64,000 bases of DNA from the NCBI GenBank assembly GCA_030390025.1, contig CM059432.1:6262001-6326000 (forward strand). The letters are read 5' to 3'. Within the stretch, counting starts at the first letter, position 1. Every line of letters begins with the position of its first letter. The DNA is from Squalus acanthias. Its lineage: Eukaryota. Below are positions 1-14,090 of the stretch, in pieces. The position numbers and the translations under genes are program-made. Under the pieces are notes generated by a model. The model was not told the DNA's origin and searched no databases. It worked only from the letters and a program-made list of their open reading frames with translations.

Positions 1-3000
1 GGCACTGACTTGTGATCGACGAAAGTTGGAGAAAAAAAAATTCCAAACGAAATATTTTGTGAAGCAACGATTTTAAATACAAACCCCCCTTTTTTTTTAC
101 TAATAATGAATAACAATCGTTCATTCTATCAGACAGCAGCAACTCCGTTCCCCGGGGTTGGATCAATTCACGTTTCGACACTTCGTTAACACCGAGTTTA
201 TGGGGCAAATTAAATTCTTCACATCTGTGTTAAACTCCGTTTCACACAAAAAATGTTGCTTAATAGTGGAGACTGTGAAACGAAAACTATGCGGTTACTT
301 CATCTGAAATGTGATCTTGTGTTCTGCATTTTTTTTAAAACAATCAGTTATTAATAAAGGAGGTGAGAGATATTCTATATTCAGAATGAGGGGAAATTAA
401 GCAATTACATTTTTGACTGTTCCTAACACAAAATACCGTGAAGTCTTTTGTTGTTCAGACTATTGATGCTGCATTCGTTTTTTGTCCTGCAAATTGTATT
501 TTGTTTAACATTGGAAACTTCTAAAGTAACCTTACTCTCTCTCTCTCTCTCTCTGCGGGCCGCAAGATGTGAGGACCAATGTTAATCTAAACACCCCAAA
601 AAATCCGAGGTAAAATTTGAGGGGCTAGTCTTCATTGGGGAAATCACGTGTTGCGTTTCGCCTCTGGTTCAGATTTGCTGCGCATATTTTTCTTTTTAGA
701 TCATCGATTTTCTTAATCTGGCATGCATTAGTTGGTGGAAAATATTAAAGTGAAGTTGGGTTTTTTATTTGGGGCGGGGGGGGGGGTCGAGTGTATCGTT
801 CCCTTTCGCTTCTGTCCATCAGTGGCGGGTGCTGGCCGCTGGGCGGCGCTCCAGTCCGGGGGCCCGTTCACAGGTTGGTCGCTGCCTCAACCTGTCCACA
901 GCATCTACTTCAAGCACTTACAAGGGGGGGTTTCGACTCATGCATTTCCAAAGGACTCCTAGCACCCACCTTTCACACCAATTCCGATAACACTACCACG
1001 ATTCTACAGCAGCGCCGCAGCTTAATGTGTTCTTCGAAAATACCCTCCCTGGTTCCTTGCCTCCTATCATTCCTCAACCATTTCACGACCTGCTCTGTAT
1101 CTCAGGATCCAATGTGCTCGACTAATCGTTACACTTGTACCCGCGAATAATACAAAAAATATTCCACTGTGGGCTCCGGTCACCCGGTTAAGGAGCTGTA
1201 TTTTACTCAAATCTGCTTTTTTCGCTTTTAAAAAAAATAGACAGAACAGAGGAAAAAGCATGCACCCCTCAAAGACTGCACCGAGAATGAGAAAGTACAA
1301 GGAATAATGGAAACTGAACGTGAACTATGGAGCAAAAATAATTATTTAAAACAAAGCCTGGGCGGGCATATATGGGTCTTATAAATTGAAGTGATCCCAG
1401 GAACAATGCAGTGTGTTTGAGAAATGTACCATTGTCTGTTGAGATATTCAACTATTGGTGCGGAGTGGATGATGGCATTGTGTCAGGTCAGAAACACTTA
1501 AAGTTTTGTACATTTAACAAACACCTAAATAAATAGGCTTGACTTGCCTGGTGTATTCAGGGTTTAATTTGCGGGGAATTCAGCTGACAGATTGTTGCAT
1601 CTTTGTGCGTTTAAATAGCAAAAATGCTCAACAATTTCTGAATTAGCTCAAAATACACATTCTTATTAAATGTGTTTTGGGGACAATAAACCTCCCCTTC
1701 CATTTGTTCGCAGTCCCCATGAACTTCCAAGTTCCAAGTGAGTGAAAGGAGTTGGCTTCACACTGAATCTCACCCGTAATTTTCCAGATTGGATCTGATA
1801 GCTCCAGTAGGTGGAAGGAAACCTGGTTGGTTAGCAATAGGGCAAATTGTTTATTGTGATAATAGAATTAAGTCGTTTCGGTTTTTAAAGAGAAAACGCT
1901 GACGCTCTCCAGTCTGGGTTAGACTTGCGTTGTGATGGACACAAGGTTAATATGCAATCACTGCCACTGCTCCTTGAAAGGCAATCGATTCTTCTGATTA
2001 ACAAAGCTTGCTGACTAAGTTGCCTTCATATAATCGCAACTGTACACGCGCCTTCTGAACCAGACACAAGTCGTGCACTGAACGATTTGGGATCCATTTG
2101 ATTTAATTCTAAAAATGTGCGAAACAGCAGCCAACAACTGAAAACGAATTATAAATAGCTTTACACTTTATACCAACCCCCAATTTCTGATATCTTCTTG
2201 TATGTTTAATGTTTTTTTTATGTAAAAAAAACTTTACGAAAATCAAATCGAATGTGTTTTAAATCATATTGTTTTAAAGGGTCGCTTTTTCTTCAAATTA
2301 TATATATATATATATCACCGCCTCAATATTAAGTTAACAAGCACCATGACAAATAAAGCAACGCTGCCTATTTGGAGAGACCTCAGTTGGCATATTAATT
2401 GGCAACTTATATTTACTAATCCCCGTTAACTGGTGCTAACTTAAAATGCTGTTGAGATTGTAGATGTTCGCTGATATTTTCTTGTGGTTAATATTAAATT
2501 AAAATGGACCCCAATAAGGTGTGGCATTGGCTGGAGTTCATCGTCTTGTTGGTAGTTTTGGGGGACAATTGCACATCATCTGGAGATACCATACGAGTGA
2601 CTGGCGATAACCAGTCCAAGAAAGCACAGTAATTATTGGCTGAGTATCTACATTTCTGAAAATATATATGTTGGTTTGCTCGGGCACATTTTAAATTGCA
2701 GAGCAAAACTCTACGGGAAAAAAAAGTGAATTGTGCGTTGTCGACTTGCATAACTTGTTTGCAGCCATTGTCCCCGTCGATTTTATTCTAACTGGAATAA
2801 ATAAGTGCAGCAGCAAAAAAAATCGTTTCCATCTCGCTGCTAAACCGGTAGGAGTTGCACCTAGTTCACTGGGGATTCCCTGATACCTCAACAAGGAAAT
2901 TGATCGGGAAAATTACAGCTATTTGGACAAAGGGGAGTTACTTCGCTGTAATTGAAGGTGGTGCGTCGACTTAAGGTGCTGTCGATTCTCTCTTTCTAGG

Positions 3001-4545
3001 GTTACAAGGACATGTCAAGGACGGAGGTAATACTAGCCCGCTTGCACACACACAAACACACATCGCAGCAATTTTTTTTTGCAGAGAGGTTTACAGTCTC
3101 TGCTCCTTGATGTCAAACCTTACCAATCTCCCCAATAGGATACCTACAATCGCCCAACTACCGGTAAGACCAAAAAAAAAACCAGGCACAGGTCAGAGGT
3201 ACACGATATGTGATGGACGAATGTCACAGTCCGTGATATCTTCACCCACATTACCAGCTGCCTAGTTTGGTAAAGTTTAATTGAACAAGCACATGCCCCG
3301 GATCCTTTCAAATCCACTCGTTTTCTCAAGTCCCGTAGTCGAAACATAACTTCGTTTCACCTTTGCCTTCACCTGGTGTGAAATTCCCGCAATAAAAATA
3401 TATATATTCAGCGAGTCGCGCGATGTGTCTAAAAAAAGTAAAAGATGCCTTTGACTCGCGCTCTAACACAAGGCAAAAACCCACTCGAATAGAGAAAGAG
3501 CGGCGATCAAATGTGAAAGTACAGCCGGAGTGCGACATTAGAGAAAGGTTAGGATCATTATAAAATATTATTCCAGTGATTAATGCACAGTTTTAATTGA
3601 ACTAACCGGGCCTTTGGGAAATAAGGGCTGAGTGGGTTATCTGAGCGGGGTGGGGGAAATAGGACGTCTTTTGAGATTTTTTGAGATTTCTGCCTGAAAG
3701 AGTCACTCGTATCAGTTGAAGCAATAACTATTTCCGAAGTATCCGTGCAGCTGAATATACAGGGGATTATTTTAAAATCATCAGAGTATTTTTTTACTTT
3801 CTTTAAAAACAACTCAAACCTTTTGATTCTACCAGTTTCAAACGCTTCGCAATATTTACCCTCAATTCCTTTAGATAAAGCAATCCTATTTGTTGTTCTC
3901 CACCGCCCCCCCCCCCCCCCCCACCCCCCAAGCAATGAGTATGCCTTCCTTGCAACGATGATGCGCGTGTTTTGTTGGTCTGTGTGAGCAATGCGGTGTC
4001 TTCAGGTAAGTGCGTTGAGTGAGAGGTTCTGGTCCCATTATGTAATCGTGACAATAGAGAGAGAGGCGGTGGGGAGAGGAGCCGCGCTCTTAAAGACGCA
4101 TTCTGACTGCTCCTGCGAGAGCTGTTCCGAGAAATACATATATATTTATATATCGAATCCCTGCAATATTTTGCAATACAACGGATCCTCGTCCAATCAA
4201 ATGTTCGGAGTGCTTGAAACTAATCTGATTTTTTTAAGTAATAATTTGTCAGCGCTAATTGTAAATTCTTCATTGACGGAGCGAGGGCACAGAGTTAGAG
4301 CTCGTACCTTCAAACTTTGAATCAGCAAAGCACCGGAACTTTAAAGGGAATTTCATAACTTTTTCTAAAAAATTATTAAACTACAGACAGGCAGCGCTTG
4401 AATAACCCTCTCCCCCCAAAAAAAACCGCCCCGCATTAAACACCAGGATGCATAAAATGAATTATGGAAGGTATAATACATAGAAATTTACAGATATAAA
4501 AATGAATTGTCCAAATCGGAGCGTTCATTAACGATGGGAAGTTAT

Positions 4546-4576
<31 letters not shown>

Positions 4577-4669
4577 GATGTGAAATTTTACACAGATTAT
4601 TTTGCCAGGTAGTCTCTCTCTCTCTCCCGCCCCCCCTTTTTTCTTAACTAATTTCCTTGCTGGTAGAAT

Positions 4670-5570
4670 GAACATTCACGTGTGTCGGGAGGCGAGCGGG
4701 GATCCCGGGGCCGCCCGTTCACTACTTTCTTGATCCTGAATAATTCAGCAAAATAATTGGCGTGTGATCCGGCTGACAATTCTGTAAGATTAGCAGGTTT
4801 TTTTTAAACAAAAAAAAAAGAAACATTTAAATGGTGATTTCCAAATCCGATTCATCCAGAATTTCCTCCAGGGAATTTGTCTCCATTTGACTTCTTCTCT
4901 AACCACACTTATTAATCCGGTGGAATTGTTTTTTGGCACAGATTTCTCCCCCCCCCCCCCCCTCTTCCCACCTCCTCCCTCCCCCCCCCCCCCCCACTTA
5001 GTCTTGACATCCTAGACAAATCGTGTTTTAAAAAAGACGGTGTCGTCCCTTTAAGGACGTGTTGCTATCCAAACAGGAGTAAACATATCGCTGAGACATT
5101 GAACCCATGTCCACAATCACTGCTGGAGTTAATCATCCCGCTGGCTGTGCGCAGGCGCGCTGCCTGCCCTGGGCTGCAGTGAAATGTGATGGAGCGGGAG
5201 ACCGAGTTCAGAGGGAAATCCGAGTGCAGGAGAGAAAAGACACACCATTAGCCCACCCCCCCCCCCCCCGATCGCAGCCTGTTTGTTAACCACCCACCCC
5301 CCTTCCCCACCCCCCACCCCACCCCACCCCCCCACCCACCCCCCCAAAAAAAGCCCTCTCCACGCACTGTCACAGCTCCTGTACAACAAGCCTTTCCTTG
5401 GCAGAGCATGCGGTGGTCGAGCAGGGACGAGTTGGAGAACTTTTGCTAAAACTCGCTGGATGTTGCGCCCTTGACGCTGTGGATTAAATAGTCGGCAGTT
5501 AAAAAGTCTCGTGTTGTGCTTCGCAGAAACTGTTGGACACGTTGGGGATTTTCTGTGTCACCGGGTAAGG
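4670..5570 (+). promoter_or_regulatory. Candidate OSR2 promoter and non-coding first exon
   Basis: GC/CpG-rich block with C-tracts, ending in the donor-like CGG|GTAAGG at 5565, about 6.3 kb upstream of the acceptor at 11831. A second perfect donor CAG|GTAAGT is at 4006. TSS not determinable. Confidence 0.4.
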
Positions 5571-6201
5571 ATTTGTGTGTGTGTGTGTGTGTGTGTGTGA
5601 AGTCTTGGAAATACAGCTTCAAAGTGTAAGGAAATTAGTCCTTAGATGGAAGCAACCCGTACGTACGGATCAGGAATTCCAAGGCAAAGCCCTTTGCAAT
5701 AAATTAGATTCTCTCCTGCTTTGCAATGGCGTTTAAAGCGAGATCTTTATCTGGCCTGAAATTATTCATTTGCACAATTCCGACAGCAGTCGAGTTGTGC
5801 TTAACCTCTTGTTCCGTGTTTGTGTGTGTGTGTGTGTGTGTGTAAAGCAAAGATTTGTGTCGAAGCTTTCGGTCTTTCCCTTGCCCCCCCCCCCCCTCCC
5901 CATTGAGGCCAAAGGACTCTGGTCAGTGCAGTCACCTAACAATACAACCTGGCACCAATAAACACGGCACAACTGAGGTCCTCATTCTAACCCCGCTGAG
6001 AGCTGGGGAAAGCGGTGCGATGGGACAGTGGTAGCTGGCGCTTTTCGGGTGTGTGTATGTGTGCCAGTCGGTGGCTCTGTCGAAAGAAAACTGTTAGCCA
6101 AGAACAATAGGAAATGGGGAAGGCGCTTTCGTAGCAATAATTAGTCATTTATTACAGTGACACTGAATTGAGGCTCCCAATTAGAAAAGTTTATGTTTGT
6201 G

Positions 6202-6239
<38 letters not shown>

Positions 6240-9200
6240 TAAGATCAGCAGCACAAACTCAAGCCAGTACAATCTTCACACATCTCAAAGTGCAACAGAT
6301 TGTGTTCGTTTCTCGCTTGCTTATTTCTTTGCTTTGCTCGCCTCAGAATACTGATTTGTCCCGTTTTGGGGGGTACAGTGATCAGAATGGCAACCCCCCT
6401 CCTCTTAGAGTGTTTCTATCATTTATATTTGATGGAATATTGCAATAACAATTTTCCTATTTGAATTTCAATTGTCAGGTTAAAATAACAGCGTCCTTTC
6501 TCCTCTGAAAGTGTGCATTCCTCGATATAAAGGGTGCGATGATGGTTGCGCTTGCCCCAAGCACTCTCTGCTCGGTTTCCACAAACTCTAAAAACAATTG
6601 TTAAAACAATTGGAATACTGTAAAGGTTTCCTCCCATCGTGTTAGTTTACTTTCCCCTCTCCGGGTCCCAATTTTTAAGCGCTTTTCATGTGAAAGGATT
6701 TATGACGGGGATCCTCGCGGTGTACAGCCAGCGGCAAACTCAATGGGATGGCTTTGAGGATCTCCAGCGACTCTCTCTCTCTCCTGATGTGTCGACGCTC
6801 TCAATTCGGCCGGTGGGATTTTACACAGATAAGGGAGGGTTACATTGGTTGAAGTTACACCGTTGTGACCTCACACGTTGACTTTGGAAAGCTAAAGGGA
6901 ACGGCGAAACCAACCATCTCCTGTCGCCCCACCACCTCCCAGCCTCTCTCTCTCTCTCTCTCTCGCTGTCCTCTTGGCTGAATCCACCGAGTTAATCTGA
7001 CGATTAGTCGGGGAATGGTCAATTAGAAAGAGCGATAAAGTGACACGTTGTGCTCATTTTCCAACTGGTAATCACGCATTCCATTAAATGCCTAAAGTTG
7101 GGGAGAGCCGCTTTGGGAGGTGATAGTTGCTATTTTGGAAAGGGCAAGCGGACTGCTCCCATTCCGGCGTTAGTCCATCAGAACAGGGTTTTCCTAAATC
7201 ACTCAAGCCAACTCTAGTTCAATAAACCTTTTGCATCTTTCAGTTTATTCAGATATTCCCTCAGACTATCCTTTTTCCATGCAGACAGTCGCATATTCGA
7301 TTATGGAAAAAGATTCGCACATACGCGCGCCATACACACACACTAATGTCCCATTTCTAAAATTATTGTACAATATTTAAGACAGTAGTTCACAGTTAAC
7401 ATTAGTCCTTTTAGTAAGATGACTGGAAAAATTAATAACAATATTTTTGGCCTTTTCAAAGCTATTTTTATCTGACTTTCTGTTGCACAGTGCAGCTTAG
7501 CTCCATAGTACCGTATATTTATAAAAGAACATTCCTCGAATGGGGATACAAGGTCGATAACAAGGCCGGTCACCCAGCGTGGCTGTGAAATACCTTGATG
7601 GGGAGGGGAGAAGGGGAGGGATGGGGAGAAAGCTGAAGAACAGGGACTTAAGTCGAGCGAAGCTAGGTTTTAAGTGCTTTGCTGAGATTTTACTTTTAAC
7701 AGATTTGATCGAGTGTTTTCAAAGGTGCACTGGGCATATCCCAGTTGGGAGCGTGTAGGAGCAGCGCCGAATTAAACCAGGGAGAAAGCGGTGATGCATT
7801 TGGGAATTCTCCCAGGTATAAAAGGGGACCCACGCAAATCCTATACACCAGGAGAAGGAATGGGAAATGCAGGATTAGGGAACGTTAACCCGGGGTAACC
7901 TCAGCGGGGTCGAGGGACACTGTCGAGATCTCAATGTAACTCTTCAGCGAAGCTGCTTCGCTGATTTACAGCTGTTTTAGGGATTGTATTACACACAATA
8001 TTTCCCACAGAAAACACTGACTGAAGGAAAGCACTCTGGAGAGCATGTCTTGCGATGTATTCTCCGGCTGGAATTTATTTTAAAACTGAAAGCATTTATT
8101 CTGGTCACTGATCAGAAGGGCTCGGTGTTATTTCCCCTGTTGTTAGTGAATTCGGTCAGAATTGGGCCTGTGTCAAAAAATGTAGACAGAAAAACGCGAT
8201 GCAATTTGCATAGGGCACACCTAACTCGGCCATTAACATTTAGAAATGGCGTGACATTAAATACACCAACCTGGTGTGTAACAGAAAGTAAAACAAAACA
8301 GCATTCATGGACTGTGGTTTCTCGCCAGTGACTGGACCAATGGAGATCCAGCGACACAAGGCTGGCACCAGCTTTTTTTTTCACATTACACACAGCAATT
8401 TCAAGGAAAATAAGAAACTCACAGCTCACAATACACTGAACAAAATACCACCCTTTTTTGTCAACTTTGGAATTTCTTTAAAACATGTTTTACTCTTAAT
8501 TCGGCCACGGGTTGTTTCATGTTAGAATACTTTTGTGTCACATTTGTTGAGGCCTAGGAATAAAATAAATCTTTGGGTTATACCAAGCTCTCACCCCCTC
8601 CCTTTAGCCGGATTGTCTGTAGAATCGTAAGTGACCTTAATTGTCATGTTTTTTGAGGGTGATTTAAAATTGGCTAATAGTGAAATTTGACACAAGCTGA
8701 GATTTGCTGGAGGCAATAAGGCCAAGGAGGTTGGGATCGTTGGGTAGGCTAAAGGAGTGAGTATTGGGGGATGTATTCATTGATTGCTAGTTCTGTGTCA
8801 CGGAATACACCGAGTGCAGTTTGCTGGGGTGGGGGCGTGTGAAGGCGTTGAAGGGTGTGAGAGATTCATTCGCTGGGAATATTGTTAAACAGGTTATTTT
8901 TTTAACAGTAGTTTCGCTCCAGTGCTTCGGACTGAACCCGCTGCCAGTCACACACACACACACACACACCTTCATTAACTCACAGAGCAGCAGGAGGTTT
9001 CTCAGGCTTCGTTGAGAGCAGGGGGATAAAAAACCCATGGGGTCGTTCCACTGGACTGGGCGGCCATTCAATGCTGCAAAAACAGCCCGACATAAACTGC
9101 GGAGGAAAGCCCTTCAGTCCTTACTACGAGAGGGCATTGGGGTTCATTCCTGGAACTGACACCAGCCTAAATGTGCGCACTCGCTGTGTGCAACGTATTT

Positions 9201-9399
9201 AGGAGGAAAAAAATACCAATACGAGAACAGCGTATTTTAAATGCAAGTTTTGATGAACGAGAAGGTGCAATGGCGATTTCATTTTTATTTTTATTTAAAA
9301 AGCAAACAGGTAATACATGCCCAATATTCTGGGGCCCATATTAGAACTGAACGTTGAATCAAAGCAAACGCACCTTTCCTCATTTAAAAAGTACTTTTG

Positions 9400-9510
9400 T
9401 TTCTTTCCCACATTACAACAGTGACTGCACCTCAACAGTACTTCATTGGCTGTAAAGCGCTTTGGGACATCCTGAGGTCATGAAAGACGCTATATAAATG
9501 CAAGTCTTCC
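9400..9510 (+). mobile_element. 3' fragment of a Deu-type tRNA SINE
   Basis: Matches the 3' part (cattacaacagtgact...gtaaagcgctttggga...tataaatgcaagtct) of the full SINEs at 22565 and 27234. Confidence 0.75.
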
Positions 9511-11895
9511 TTTAATATAATATATAGGGTGACCCCACCCCCCCCCCCCCAAGAGATAATCTAATGACTAATTGTTCCGAATACACAATTTGGAATTAAT
9601 TCCACTTAAATTACCATTTATGTATCGATGAAGTACTGAGTTGTCCCGATTAAGGTGGGATTTAAAGAGGCCTTTGTAAATACAATGGCATCAGCATTCC
9701 AAGAAACTGATTTTATCACTCTTTCAAAAAAAATCAATTGGCAATAGGCGTTTGTAAATTGGTCGATAAAGTGCTAGAGGTTTGCAAATTGATAAGCATA
9801 ATCATGACGAGGAGACGAGCTGGAACAGATAAGATTCGCAGCCTGTAGGAATCAGGGGAGTTGTGTGAGTTGACAGGGCGATCTAATCACCTCGCTTCTT
9901 CCAGGTCAGTGCAGAGGAATTCAGTCTAAGCTCCAATTGAACAGCCTGCGTTTAGAAAGGGGGCAGATTTCAATCACCATCAGACAGAATGCGATTTGAA
10001 AAAAGTTTTTTTTTAAAGAAAAAAACACATCTTAAGGGCCATCGATTCTCCTGGCGGCGCATCGCACTCGTCTGATAATGTTTGTCAAAACTTTGTAACA
10101 TTATCCTTATATCAAGGGTGTTGTCCTGACGCCCTATTGAGTGCAGACCTTTGGTGTGTGTTTTTTTTTAACCTGCATCGAGCAGTTATAATCTGTACGG
10201 CTAGAACCCTTAAACATTAAAAAAAATTAAATAGAACTGTGTTTGTGAGGATTCGCGATTTTAATATTTAACATAAGCTCTTTAATCCTGAGACCCACGT
10301 CACATCAAAACGCCGCATCCACAGAAAACCCATTTAAAATAATCTTTCAAATAATTTATTCAATCTTCACCTGAATTGTCAAGTGGGGCAGATTTAGAAC
10401 CGCTCCGTTTCGTTTGTTAAAATACTGTGGCCATCAAGACAAGCACCCGTTTGCAGAGATGTGTTCCCAGTCCACTGTGTTATGAATTTAAAAAGCTCCA
10501 GGTCTGAAATATTTATTATTTGAAATTCTCCCCATGAGGATTACGAACCAGTATGTAATTAAACACTTTCGATGCTGAAATATTTAAAAAAAAACTAGTG
10601 TCTTTTAATCTGGACACCGCACAAACTGTTTTTCAAATTAAAAATGTTGAGCTAAAAATACTCGAGTAAAACAAACACGTTTCACGCTGTAGAGAATCTT
10701 GGCCGAGAGCTGGGTTTGTTTAGAGCATGAGGCACCGGTGATGTGTTGCTTTTTTTTCTCCCCCCCTCTCCCTTCAATTATCTTGATGAATGAGTTGTTC
10801 TTGAAGGAAGAAAAATAAACAGGCGAGTTCGAGACCCGGCAGCGCCCGATTCCTGCACCTCCCTCCCCACCGTCCGGCGTCGCGCGTCTCCGCAATGACA
10901 CTGGCTGCAACTTTCACCAGTTGCTCACAAACCCTTCCCAAAAAAAGTGCATTTAGTTAAAAAAAAGGTGGAATCTCCGCCGCCCGCGTAACATCAAAGC
11001 TTTCCTGGAAATAGATCTGTGTGTGTGTGTGAGTGAGTAACTTCTTCGGAGTACATACAACTCGTGTTTTCAAAGGACTGATCTCAGGGGTTGAATAAGG
11101 CGAGACCAGGCGTGTTTTTGCAGTTAAGTCGCCCCCACACCCACCCAAGATGGTGATCGACAAGGAACTTTAACTTGCCTCGCTGCATTTTCGAAATGTT
11201 CGATTTTATTTGGGCTCGAAGCGTGTTTATTGACCGTCTCCAGCACCTCGTAAAGTTAAAGTGGTGAAGCATTAAAAGCTGTTTGTGTGTGTGTGTGTGT
11301 GTCGGGGGGGTCTCGCACGGGAATTGCTCGCTTGCAAAATAACCAGTTGCCTTCTGAAAGTACATTATTAATTTATTATCTTTTTTTGTTTAGCGTCAAC
11401 CTCTACATGTAACACATTTCAAGTGAAGTCCTTGCTTGCTTGAAGCTTTCTGTTGCTGTCTCTCCAGAAAGCATATTTCAGGATTTTCTGTGGCCAACGT
11501 GAGCTGGTAGCGCCTTTTCAATATAATTTTGGAGGGATTTATTTCATGTTTCAGGTCTTGCTCAAACTATTCCCCATTCCTCGACATTAGAGAGGCGCAT
11601 AACCGAGCGGAAAATTGCCATTTCTGCCGTGATTTCTTTCTGGGGGCAAGGATCGAGACATTCCGATTGAAAAACAATCGATAATAAAGGAATTCGGAAC
11701 TGTTGGCGCTGGAATTAACACATTAAAAAAATTCCATTTAAACTCTTCAAGGTTGAATGTCCCCCTTGTCAAGAATGGTCCTAAAGCCTCACATGTTTCA
11801 ATTCTCCCTCTTTTTCTGTTCTTCTTTTCAGTCCTCGGGCGGAAGGGTTGTCCAGCACCTGCCAAGGCCTCAAGAGTGTTGACCATTGGAGCGCA

Positions 11896-12554
11896 ATGGG
11901 CAGCAAGACTTTACCGGCTCCAATCCCCCTGCACCCGCCCCTGCAGTTGACCAACTATTCCTTCCTGCAGGCGGTGAACACTTTCCCATCGGCCGTGGAC
12001 CAGTTGCAGGGCTTGTACGGGCTCAGCACGGTGCAGACCATGCACATGAACCAGTGGACGTTGGGTTACCCTCACCTGCACGGCATCGCCCGGTCGACCT
12101 TCACCGAGATGGCCGCCGCCCAGGGCTTCGTGGACGGCAGGTTCCCCTTCCCGGCCCTGCCCTTCAGCGCTCACGTCTTCCACCCCAAGCAAGGGACGGT
12201 CGCCCACATCCTCCCCGCCCTGCAGAAGGACCGGCCCCGCTTTGACTTCGCTAACCTGGCCCTGGCGGCCACCCAGGAGGACCCGCCCAAGCCTGGAGAC
12301 TTCCCAAAGCTCAGCTCCGCCGCCCCGGGAGGCTCGCCTGGCGAGCTCGCTAAACTCAGCCTGGACAGGAAACCTGCCAGGGGACGGCTGCCTTCCAAAA
12401 CCAAAAAGGAATTCATTTGCAAGTTTTGCGGCCGGCATTTTACCAAATCCTACAACCTCCTCATACACGAGAGGACCCACACGGACGAGAGGCCCTACAC
12501 CTGCGACATCTGCCACAAGGCGTTCAGGAGGCAGGATCACCTGCGAGATCACAG
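11896..12554 (+). CDS. OSR2: OSR2 coding exon 1 (N-terminus, eh1-like FDFANLA motif, zinc finger 1 and most of finger 2)
   Basis: ATG at 11896 gives [31 protein letters not shown]...[18 protein letters not shown]...[52 protein letters not shown]2-type residues ([37 protein letters not shown]) rather than OSR1. Acceptor ttttcAG at 11830-11831 after a long pyrimidine tract; phase-2 donor AG|GTtcgt at 12555. Confidence 0.97.
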
Positions 12555-13419
12555 GTTCGTACCCAAGCCTGTAGAACTCACTCCATCCACAATTGGGGCG
12601 ATTAGTAACAGAATCAGTGCGAGCTGGGCGAGTTCTCAGTAAATACATTCTCGCTGCCCGAGGAACAAGGGGGGTGTTGCATTATTTAGGCTGTGACAGT
12701 AATAATGGACATTTGTAGCAGGATTTGTGGATGGGGATTTTTTTGGGGGGCACTCACTGCTGAAATGCAGAAAACGGGTGAGGAGGGAATTCTTTTTCAT
12801 AAATGGGGATTTTGTTTTTTTTTAAAAGAGGAACATTTTTATAATTTATTTATCCCATAACTACCCTGGCCCGTTATTTAAAAAAATCAATGTCAAATGT
12901 GGACTGTTTCCATCATTTTCTGTTTTTATTTTATTTTTATGGCCCCTAGTTTTGTGCTCCTCCCCACGAGTGGAAACATCTTCTCTAGGTCTACCCCACT
13001 TTGATACCTCCAGACCCTAATACCGAGTCGTATATCCCCCCGCTCTCCCCTCAATGACTTGGAACTCCACGGCCTAGTCATGGCTACCAAATAACGAGAG
13101 ATGAGAGAAATGTTGGTGAATTTGACAAAACCATGTCCAGGCATCTTGTTGTGCGTGTTATTATTAGACCCCCCCACCCACCCCTGAATAATTTCAACCT
13201 CTGGCCGTGGAGCTGTGATGTGGGTGGGGGGGGGGGGGTGGTGTTTGAAAGGCCAGTCAGGGTTAATCTAACAAAGATACGGACCCTCTTCTGTGCCCCT
13301 GGCGACCTTGTGTGCAGTAACCAGGCTGTCTCCTGGATGGTTGTCTGGGTGAAGATGGTGTCACGGGCTGAAGGGGGCGCTGTCTCGGCGCCTGCTCGAC
13401 AACCCTCACCAGATCCTGA

Positions 13420-13713
<294 letters not shown>

Positions 13714-14090
13714 TGAGTATCGAGAATCCCAACTTTGACAAGTCCCGTGGGAAGTGTTGGGGATTATTTTAGCAGTATTGTGCAGACCACAAGTTATTTA
13801 TAACGAAAAGTTGATCCATGTCTGGAAAATGCATCAAGTCTGTCATTAATGTCTTGGGAGCCAATGCATCTTTTTTTGCTTGCTCTCTTCAATAGCGATT
13901 CTAATTAACAGTCATCGGTTAATTATTGATTTTTTAAAAATAAGACGATAAAAATTATATGTACAGTACACGATTATTCCATGGGCTCTGGGCAAACCTC
14001 TGTAAAATAAAAGGAGATCACAGTAGTTTTCTTTATTTTTTAACCCAAAAAAAAAGGAATTAATCCTTTGCTTGCTTCAAATCTGAACAG

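Noticed and set aside
4948..5345. G-quadruplex function of long C-tracts, and (GT)n/(CT)n microsatellites
   Set aside because: Such runs are frequent across the first 18 kb and homopolymer lengths are error-prone; no specific evidence of function.
1..11800. STK3 or other coding exons upstream; short ORFs 732-1451, 3558-4320, 5107-5474
   Set aside because: No kinase or other recognisable peptide; the ORFs are low-complexity products of C/G runs and (GT)n repeats.
11848..12642. 264-aa ORF as the complete protein
   Set aside because: It starts at a TTG upstream of the real ATG (11896) and runs through the splice donor at 12555; the true CDS is spliced.
11886..12648. Overlapping alternate-frame and antisense ORFs (119, 245, 91, 110 aa)
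   Set aside because: Shadow ORFs expected from GC-rich codon usage in the OSR2 exon; no recognisable domains.
13367..13382. CTCF-like motif GCTGAAGGGGGCGCTG in an OSR2 intron
   Set aside because: Partial single match in GC-rich DNA; cannot be supported without PWM scoring or ChIP data.
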